Notes under the pieces: generated by a model
The model's database searches: none
What the model was told of the DNA's origin: nothing
Seen by the model: only the letters and a program-made list of their open reading frames with translations
Assembly: GCA_023213395.1 (NCBI GenBank)
Contig: CM041465.1
Location: forward strand, 190,409,741-190,473,740
DNA length: 64,000 bases
Source of the DNA: Cycas panzhihuaensis
Taxonomy: Eukaryota > Plantae > Cycadophyta
Reading direction: 5' to 3'
Shown here: positions 55,001-64,000 of the stretch, piece by piece
Numbering within the stretch: the first letter of the stretch is position 1
Layout of the letters: the number at the start of each line of letters is the position of its first letter
Program-made: the position numbers and the translations under genes

Positions 55001-58000
55001 AGGGCTACAAATTCCAAAATGGACTAACTCTAATGGTTATGAATCTCTCCATCCATTCTTAGAAGGGAACTTTTTTCTTTGTTGCTTTCCCCTTAGGTAG
55101 GCCTCACATATGTTATAGTATCTCCTGACTTTAGGTAGGTCATGTACTATTTTGATCCTAAACATGAGGTTCAAGCTTTGTATATTCAAATGACCTAGGT
55201 GATGATGCTAAAGGTGGTCTTTGCAGATATTTGTAATCATATCATCTTTTAAATAAGAGCATTCTTTAGGTTCTTATATGTAAGGGGACTCTTCATCAAT
55301 TTCATCCTTTCCCTTATCAGATTGAGTTGAGTTGGCCATGAAATAGGATTCATATTGTGGAGTAGTAGAAAGGGGAACTCCATCCAGTCTATATAAGCCA
55401 CCATCCTCATATCTTGTAGCCATAAGTTTTCCTATAGCATGGTCTACAATTTTGTAAATGCCCTAGCTAAAGATGACATCTAAGTTCTGCTTGAACATTT
55501 AGTTAATGGAAAGTAAACTCATCTTCATACTAAGTACAAGGAATGTATTACTTATGTGGTATATAATGTTAGAGTCCTTTAATATTATTTGTGACCTACT
55601 AATTTTAGTCACATTATAAGTTAAGTTGTCCTTAAATATAACTGTTTAGGTGTTGATTAATTGGGTCTCTTCTAACATCTTTTTAGAACCTGTCATATAT
55701 CTCATTGTACCAGAATTAAGGGGCCATGTGGTCTTATAAAGTTGAGGATAATACTACAAAAAATAAATTATGGGAGAAGGAGTCCTAATCATCTCCCATG
55801 TTTCCACCTTGGTGTTGATTATTCTATTTGTTCCTTTGATGTCCATTTAAGAACTGCTACATATTTTGAGGTCTTTAGCCTTTTGTGGGTTATGGATTCT
55901 AATTTTGTTAATAGAATTGGCCTTGAGATTAATATGATAGCCCCATTATGGGTAAAAAAGGCCTCCTAGTTGTCGAATGGGACCATCTTGTTGATAATAA
56001 GGGTCTCCTTATTGTAGGAAAGGGACTCATTGACGAGGGCATGATCCTCCTTATTAATAAGAAACTCCTTGTCTTTATTAAATGTAACTAGGACCTCCTT
56101 GATGGTATTTGGATGCTCTTTATTAATAAATAGGGGATGGTTGTTGATAAAATAGCCTATATACTTGGCTTCGTTGGTTCTGCAAGAGTTGTAAATCAAT
56201 TTATCTTCTCTTATATTTAATATCTAGATGTCTAAATTTTTCACAATAAAGGTAGATGACATTTTATTTACCCTGCTAATTCTTTTGAGGCAATCCTTAT
56301 GGTTGGTGTTATGATTGATGAGGCTATTGAGTTAAATAGGATGAAGAGGAGGTTTCAATAGGTTGTTGATGAGTTGGCTATTGATGTGACTCTTATGACA
56401 TGGAAAGAGAGTCTAAGTGTTAAGCTAGGTCTTGTTGCTGACTAAGCTATTAGACTACTCTATTAATAGTCTTACCTTTTTCTAAGTTTTAAACTATAAA
56501 GATAGAAGCTAAGTTAGATGTCGATGTCATCCCTAGTCAATTGAGTATATTTTCCTCTCGAAATAAAAGCCCCATCTTGGAGTAATTGTTATGTAACTTG
56601 GATATAAAGGAGTTATATTCAATAGGTAGAATGTTAATGATGTTAAAAATCAAGTCACAATCAAAAGGTGGTTCACTAAGGATAATGAGTTAGTTTCTAA
56701 TAGTTTTAACTTTGGTTAAATAATCAGTAATAATACTATCAAAGGGAATAGAAAATATATGGGCTTTGAATGTCAAAGATCTAGATTCATCTTTTCTCTC
56801 ATAGATGGCACAAAGTATTTTCCATGCCTTATGAGATGTTTGCATGGTTTCAATGTTTTAATCTACTTGGTCTTCAACCGCCAAGTGGAGAAAGGATAAT
56901 ACTATGTTATCTTTAGCTTTGAAGTTTGCTAGGGCTATAGGATTGGGTGGAATTATTTTAGTGGAATCATTATGATCTAGTGTAGGAATAGAAAGAGGTA
57001 TGTCTCCATTAACATAGGCCTAAAGTTTATACATGATAAATAAGTTTTTGACTTACTTCTTCCATAGTATAAAGCTATTTATCCCATTGAGTTTAATAGT
57101 ATTTGAAAGGAGCATTTATAATAGCATGTTTAAAGAGTTTTTGTGTTTGAATTTATATCTTTAAAGATTTTGCATGATAAGGTACTAATCTACCTAAGTG
57201 GCTTCTAATCTAGAATTTTAAGGCTAAGGATCTCTAGGAAAACTCTTAGTTACTATCATCTCTACTAGTGCCTACCCACAAGTGGAAAACTAAGGACTTG
57301 ATATATTTGTACGTGAGCTTAAAGGCTCAATATACTTTAGTATATAGGTTGTAATGAAGGTCCCAAGACCCCCGTAACTTACATTAGTTTTATGCCAAAT
57401 AATAGATCTAGTAGTGAGAACTTACTAACCAAGGCACTGGCCTCATTGTGTCTAGCCTGGTCTCTAAATTCTAAACGATAGGGTCTATATCTCAAGTTAC
57501 CACCTAATACACCTGATAGCTACTAAAATTCCTCATCCAATATGAGTAGGTAAAGGGCATATATGTGGTGGTAACTTTTGGGGTCCTAATTGTTCCCCTT
57601 GTAAGGTTGGAAATAAGGGTTTAATTTAGGAGTTATCATTTTAATACAAAAAATCTAATTTTTTAAGTGAGTTTCTTACACACAAGAGGTTCATTTTAAA
57701 GTAACAAATAGAATGAAGATGAAATAAAATCAAATTAAAATAATAAGAGTAGGTTTAGAAAGCTTTTAATGGGCCAAGCTTTAAGAGTAAACTTCTTCAA
57801 CATTTTAAGAGCAACACCTACATATGAGACATTACCATACACTAATTAGCCTTAGAAATTAGAATTGAACAACTGAGAAAGATAAGCCACAACCTAATCT
57901 AGTAGAAAAACCTTAAAGAAACTAAAAAATGCCTTTAAATTTTAAAAAATAAGGCTTAAATAACTCAAACATAAAGGTTAATTTGAGCGATTAATATCTC

Positions 58001-59081
58001 CTATAAATTAGCTCTAAATCTAGATCAATTTGATTCTAAATTGTAGAGATCTAAATCTCCTTTTCAAAACTTTAGATGGTTCATAAAATAGATGCATAGT
58101 TGAGGAAATATTGCGAAACAACGTAGGCACCTTTTTTATGCTTACGAGACCTACGCGCAAAAACAAGTGACCAAAGGAGGAGTGTGAAACTCTAATGAAG
58201 GAACCAATGACCTCAGAATGAGACAAAATTTTAGAGGAATGGATGCAATGATAGGAGGGACCTAGTAGATGTGGAATTTTTAAAAGAAAAGCTTGTACTG
58301 AGGAGAACAAAGCTGTGGAAGTGTAAGGGGTAGTGAGAGCCCAACTAAGCAAAATAAAGCCTAAAACCACCTCAAATATCTTCTAATAAATTGTGTAAGT
58401 GGAAGTAGGGCTACTAAAAGCATGAGTGAAGCTCTAGTAAGAAGAAATGATCAACAATAAGGTTATAATGAATGAAAAACATGATTTTTCATTTATTTTC
58501 TTTAGAAAACTTAGATCAAAACCCCATATGAATGCACAAGAGTGAAAAATATACTGTAAGAGGTTGTAATCAACTTTAACTAGCTTTATTTTTACTCTAT
58601 CACTACATAAAACTTAGATTTTTTGCTTAATATATGAAAGAAATAGAGTAAACGAGCTTTAAATTGCCAAAAAACATCAAATTGGACATATATGGGCTCT
58701 GATACCATGGTCAAAACCTAAATACATGTGCATTGATCTAAGTATATTAAGTAACACAACTAAAATATTCAAGAAAATATGGAAATAACATAATAAATAG
58801 ACCAAAACGGTTGCATGTAAATTCATCATATCGCAGGCTCTCTATTAGGTAGAGCTTCCACATAAAATCACATCAATATGATGTATAAAGGTGTGGGGCA
58901 TTATTTATAGCTATCCACCAACATTAAAATATAATTTGATAAGCCAACTTAATAGCACAAGAGGTGGACCTGATCTCACTATTAAATATGATTTATTACA
59001 TCAAAGGTCCATTAATACACAACATAAATATTAGATTATAAGGATGTGAAGAAATGGAGGAGGTATTAGATGGTTTTAACA
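52083..59081 (-). mobile_element. Full-length decayed Ty1/copia (C) inserted in the 5' LTR of B
   Basis: LTRs 52092-52465 and 58708-59081. PBS (rc) gctctgatacca 58696-58707. PPT (rc) ccctcc 52466. TSD agaat (52078-52082 / 59082-59086). Gag from ~57127, zinc knuckle ~56240, PR ~55720, INT 55200-54350, RT 54000-53050, RNase H (ORF 52493-52693 HIRTKHIEIHHHFI..DQVANIFTK). Confidence 0.92.
55940..56150 (-). repeat. ~21-nt coding repeat (YQQGGPx heptads) in the Gag of copia C
   Basis: YQQPSPI Y**RASK YHQGGPS YI**RQGVS Y**GGSC PRQ*VPF LQ*GDPY YQQDGPI RQLGGLF YP*WGYH. Confidence 0.75.
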
Positions 59082-62000
59082 AGAATGGATAAACCTTGAA
59101 TTAGAATGAATGATAATGTGCATACTTATAGTACAAACTCACCATCAATGAGAGAATCCCATGGGTCAATCTTGGAGGTAGCACACAACTCTATGTGGCT
59201 CACAACCTCAAATATAATATTATAAATAAATGTAGAGAGAGTGTAGGTGGGGACAATTATGTAATTTGGTATTAAACCCAACATAAGGTACTTACAAAAT
59301 AGCATGTGATAATTGACATTAAAGTATGTACATTTCCATTATATAATATTTACTTTTAAGTTCCATCAAGAGTGATCTCATTATATTAACTAGTTCTTGG
59401 GCAACAATATTCTATAGGTTATTTGTTTTTAAAGAATTTTAAGTCTATGTTTATTAAAAATTCCAATTACGTTTTATATTCATGTCGCAACAGGTTATCA
59501 CAAGGTTTGTCTACTTTGAAGATTTGCATGTAGGTTATTACAATGGTGAGTTCAACTTATAATTCATCTAGAGTGCTCTATGCTAGAGCCACTTGATGTT
59601 AAGTACTACTGGGTAGATCAAAATAATATACAATATAGAGGAGATGTCTATCAACATTAAGGAAACATACTCCAAAGGAAATCCTTATAATAGATGCATG
59701 TAAAATACTATCAAAAATTCATATGTAATACCTTAAAAAAAAACCACTCAAAACACATAAAATAACATGCATAAATAAAATGCACTATATGTGCAGGGTC
59801 ATATACTATTATAACTGACTACATATGAGGTCAAAATCTAAGGAAAAATGTTATGGAGTGGTTTTATGGTGGGGACATCAAATTTTTAATCCAATGATCT
59901 TAGAAGCATGGTATTAAAACCCTTGATTTATTAGCATAAATACAACTAGTAAAATTATAGGAATTAGTTAAAATAAAATAAAATTAAAAATAAAGCAATG
60001 TTGAAATGCCAATGTTAGCCCTTAGAAAGAGACATCATAGTGAGATGTCAAGCATGTGAAAGAAGTTATACCACTAATAAAGAATACGTCAAATATTTTA
60101 AATTACCACAATAGAACATTAAAAGTTTAGGAGGTATAATAAGATAGTGTTGGTATTTAATAGATGTTAAGTGCATATATGCTAAATAACCACTGACTCA
60201 CTAGATGATAAGCTTTAAAGAAGGGTAAATATTAATGAAAGGATGGCCTTTTAGCCACAATTTGCCAATGTGTAAATACAATTATAAATGCCAAAGATTA
60301 GTAACCTAAGGACTTAAAAATGAATAGGTGAGAATACAGAAGAGCAAGCATTAATCACCTATCACTATTTATAAAGAGAAAATAGTCCCATAAGTAGCGA
60401 TGATATTAAATAATAGGTAGAAATAAGATTCCTAGATGAAAACTACTTAAGATATAGATTAGTAGTCCATAGCAAAAATAAGACACTTGAAGTATGCTAG
60501 ACAAAGCAACAACTAGTAGGCATATAGACCCATTTTGCAAAGTGATGTAGGAAGGAGGAAACATATTAATGACAAGTAAAACAATTCATTTTCATGTAAA
60601 ACCCCAGCAGAAATACATGCACATATGTGATCTAAAAAAGATGACAAAACTTTAGTGGAAATCAATAATAATTTTACCCAAAAATTAAAAATATATAAAG
60701 AGTTTATCACCTACGTGGCACATATTCTAAGAACATTCTTTTAAAATGTTGGTTAAAATAATTTTTTATTTTTCTAATGTTTTTGAGTCAGGCCTCTTAA
60801 CCTCTATACTTCAACACCTAATCATATGGTATAAAAGGTGCTAAGACATTTTGGGGTTGATCTTGCACTTATTTCATAAAATTAAATACACTACCCTAAT
60901 CAATATTTTGAGATCTATAATTATGCAATTGTCATATGGGCCACATCTATTTACTTTCTTAAAGAAAATCTTAGATTTCAATATTCTAAATTAATTCTAG
61001 CTACCTATATATAGATTGAGGAAGAATTTTAGCGGATCTCAACTACTTATATCTACATTGACAATATTAAGTAGTAATTTTAGTGTATCGTATATAATTT
61101 TTTGTTGTTTTTAGTTGCAGTCTTCTAGGGCACAACATTTTGGCAAGTGAGTATGGCATAATGAATTATGTAGCTAAAAGATTGTCTAGTTCTAACAATT
61201 ATACTATATAGAAACATCAAATGTTAAACTTTTTTATTTTAAATGATTTATGACTATATGTAGATAACTCTTCCATGGATATGAAGTAGAATTACATATC
61301 GCTTTTGGTTTTCTTAGATTATCTATCAGTGGATGCCTTATTATGAACATTAGAGGCACCACTACCCTAAAGAAAATATAGAATACCATCACTAACTTGT
61401 TTAAACACATGGATGATATGAGAGCTCTAAATATAATGAGTTATCTATACAACTTGAAACTTGTAAGATTGATGATTGACCACCTACATTATGTTAAATC
61501 TATTCAAGATCAATTGATAGCCATTAGAGTGACCACATTTGATCTAGAAATTATTTATTATATTTTGAGGAGTCTACCTCCTATGTAGGAGAACTTTATT
61601 AATACTTTAATACTTTCAAATCAATTACTCGCTATGACATTTAGTTCCTTAGAATAATTATTTCTTAAGTATGAGTAAAAGCTAAAGGACTTAAATCAGG
61701 AGTCATCTAGAGCACTAACTACTAGATTGAAGAGAAGGAAACTATTTATTCCTAAGAGAAACACATCCTCTAAATATATTATTCAGAAGGATAGGCCTAG
61801 AAATTGAAAGTGGGAGTATAAACTAAAGTACTTTCCTTATGGTTGGTTGAAGCACACAAAGAAATATTGTTAGGAATTTCACTAATAACAATGTCAATAA
61901 TAATAATTACATCGATAACCTTAATAATAGCAATAGATACAACATCATCCAAATGATTAAAGAGATCATATTTTCAAATACACAATGGAATATAAAGATA

Positions 62001-62189
62001 GAAAAGAAACATTTTATTACTATATATTAAATGTATTTATATGTATATGATGCTTAGTTTATTAATTCTATTATATTTAGATGTATGACTAGCCTACTAA
62101 AATAATTCTAAGAAATGTAGGAGGTTAACAAAATGGTAACCATTAGAGACAATAGTGATATAGAGGTAGTAAGAGTTAGAAGCATAACT

Positions 62190-62325
62190 ATCATCATGAA
62201 AAATAGAGAAAAATAATACTTAGAGAATGTGCTTTATTTGCTTAACTTGACAACTAATCATTATGAAAAATAGAGAAAAGTAATAGTCAGAAAATATGCT
62301 TTATGTCCCTAATTTGACAACTAAT
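62190..62325 (+). repeat. 67-bp tandem duplication in the protease region of E
   Basis: atcatcatgaaaaatagagaaaa...ttgacaacta at 62190 and 62257. Confidence 0.85.
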
Positions 62326-63461
62326 CTCATTTTAGTAGGAGAAATTGAATAACAAAACATATCTATAATGTTTGCTTAAGGATAATGAATGATCTCAGAT
62401 AAGTGAAATCAAGTTAAAGCTATAAGAATTAGAGATAATAGTCAATACAAACTTTAAGGTTACTCTAGAGTATAAACAACATTCCCTGTTGTATCTCCAA
62501 AACAAAAAGTTTGGCATGAGAAAATGGGAGATCTAAAGTACTCTATTCTTTAGTAAATATAGAAGTTGAATATAGCATATGGCCTTGTGAAGATTGATGA
62601 TAAGTACTACTTATGTAAATCCTATATTTTTAGTAAACAACACATAGAACCTTTTCTAGAAAAGAAAGCTTGGAAAGCTAGAGAGAAACTTGGCTTGGTA
62701 TATTTAGATATCTATGGACTAGTGGTAGTTGTATTATTTGGAGGAGTAAATTTATCGCTTTCATTGATGACTATTTACAAATATTCTAGATTTATCCTTT
62801 GAAGTAGAAATCTCAAGAATTCACATGTTTCAAACCATTTATGAAATGTGCATAGAATGAAAGTTATTATAAAATCACTAAGTTTAATTAGTTCTGTAAA
62901 GATCAAGGGATTATAAGGCAATTTTCTATTACCTATATGCCTTTGGAGAATAGAGTAGTTGAGTGGATGAATATAACCTTTGTTGAGAAAACTAAGTTTA
63001 TGATAGAAGACAATGATATTATAGATTACTTATGGGTTAAAATTTTTAAGGTAGTTGCATAATTGACTAATAGAAGTACTATAAAGCATGTTAGAGATAA
63101 AATACCTAACAAGGCTTGGTTAAATAAACAACTAATTGTATGTCATTTCAGAGTTTTTTGGTGTGTAGTATATATGTATATCCCAAAGGAGAAATGATAA
63201 GTTAGTTGATAAAGACACAAAATACACCCTTGTAGAATACCTTAAGAAAAATAAAGTATATAGAGTTTTTAAGTTACTAACTAAGAGAGTCCACCTAACA
63301 ATAGATGTCATCTTTAATGTGGGTGATATATTAGATTTAGGTTAATATTAAGAAGTAGATTACAGAGTAGTTTGAATATGCACCTAACAAAATATGATGA
63401 CGAGTAGCTTGGACCTACTATTAGTAAATCCATAGAGTTAAAATGTTTTTAGCATTTAGAG

Positions 63462-64000
63462 TGTTAGGATATTGATTTCCATAATTATAGATGCAATGTT
63501 TAACTAGTGGTGAGTTATCATTAGACAATATGAAATATTCTCACATATAATATGATTAGTTGATGTATCAACATGATATGAATGATTAATGCATGAGATG
63601 AAGAGCTTATTTAAGAGGGAAGAAAACTCTATCATTCTCCTATGGTTTTTTTCATCTTAAGTTTTTCACATATAAATTTGGTATGTTATGATGATATCTT
63701 TCTCTTGTGATTGTTATGCTATTTTAATATGTACATACTTCACTTTATTATGTTTGAATGTTTATTGTAAATACCTCACGAATATTTATATTTTACTATT
63801 ATTCATTACAATTTTATATCAATGAATGCTTTACATATCTATATACTTTAATATATTATCCTATACAATAAATTTTTAACATAGTAATAGAGTTTTCCCA
63901 TAAGTTATATAAAAACTTTTAACATGGTATTAGAGCCTAGGTGAAGGTTAAAGTCCTAAAATAAAGGTGAAGATCCTAGTAAGACAATATATTAGAGATA
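63462..64000 (+). mobile_element. 5' LTR and PBS of a further LTR element (F) running off the window
   Basis: TGTTAGG (63462)...TTTTAACA (63924), followed by PBS TGGTATTAGAGCC (63925-63937). Confidence 0.75.

Larger units (their letters stand above)
49080..59283 (-). mobile_element. Non-autonomous LTR element (B) inserted in the 3' LTR of A, itself interrupted by copia C
   Basis: Exact TSD TAAGG (49075-49079 / 59284-59288). Repeats 49080-49429 and 51930-52082 + 59082-59283. PPT (minus) at 49430-49440. ~2.5-kb interior with no recognisable gag/pol. Confidence 0.88.
38069..59435 (+). mobile_element. Ty1/copia (A) with integrase-core deletion, interrupted by an L1 and by element B
   Basis: Exact TSD ATTTT (38064-38068 / 59436-59440). 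5' LTR 38069-38575 with PBS TGGTATCAGAG (38576). 3' LTR 48770-49079 + 59284-59435. Gag ~38980, PR ~39970, INT tail (ORF 40485-40745), RT 41000-41848 (IVYVDDMIL ~41537) resuming at 48142, RNase H to ~48740. Confidence 0.92.
37195..63461 (+). mobile_element. Outer decayed Ty1/copia (E), host of elements A and F
   Basis: 5' LTR ~37195-37849 ending GGCAACA with decayed PBS tgatatcatagt. The leader resumes at 59441 after element A. Gag from ~61153 (ORF 61397-61588), PR ~62050, INT 62500-63320 (LGLVYLDIYG). Interrupted at 63462. Left boundary approximate. Confidence 0.7.

Overview
AT-rich plant nuclear DNA, most likely from a gymnosperm (inferred from element lineages and the decay pattern, not proven). 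About 90% of the window is a stack of nested, heavily C>T/G>A-decayed retrotransposons. Most boundaries could be resolved to the base from LTR pairs, PBS/PPT signals and target-site duplications (TSDs). Left half: a chromovirus end (1-4195); a deleted gypsy interrupted by a full Ty1/copia (4948-11838); a non-autonomous LTR element (15050-20350) carrying an antisense, intronless farnesol-dehydrogenase (FLDH-like) retrocopy; a CRM-type gypsy (20565-30390) with a solo LTR inside its 5' LTR; and a 2.74-kb tandem duplication. The only host gene is a 3-exon LURP-one-related (LOR/Tub_2) gene on the minus strand (34730-35616). It sits in a CpG-rich island with an ACGT-rich promoter and has one in-frame TGA. 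Right half: a four-level nest. Copia E contains copia A; A contains a young L1 LINE and a non-autonomous element B; B contains copia C. The start of a further element F closes the window. Most unusual signals: (1) both LTRs of element B include a PBS plus 22 bp, ending next to a second tRNA-iMet-complementary box, and B carries an unidentified decayed ORF; (2) the captured FLDH retrocopy; (3) a YQQGGP heptad prion-like tract in a copia Gag; (4) an L1 ORF1 N-terminal extension with a hydrophobic segment, joined at a slippery site; (5) CA>TA hypermutation that includes CHH contexts. All alignments and translations were done by eye.
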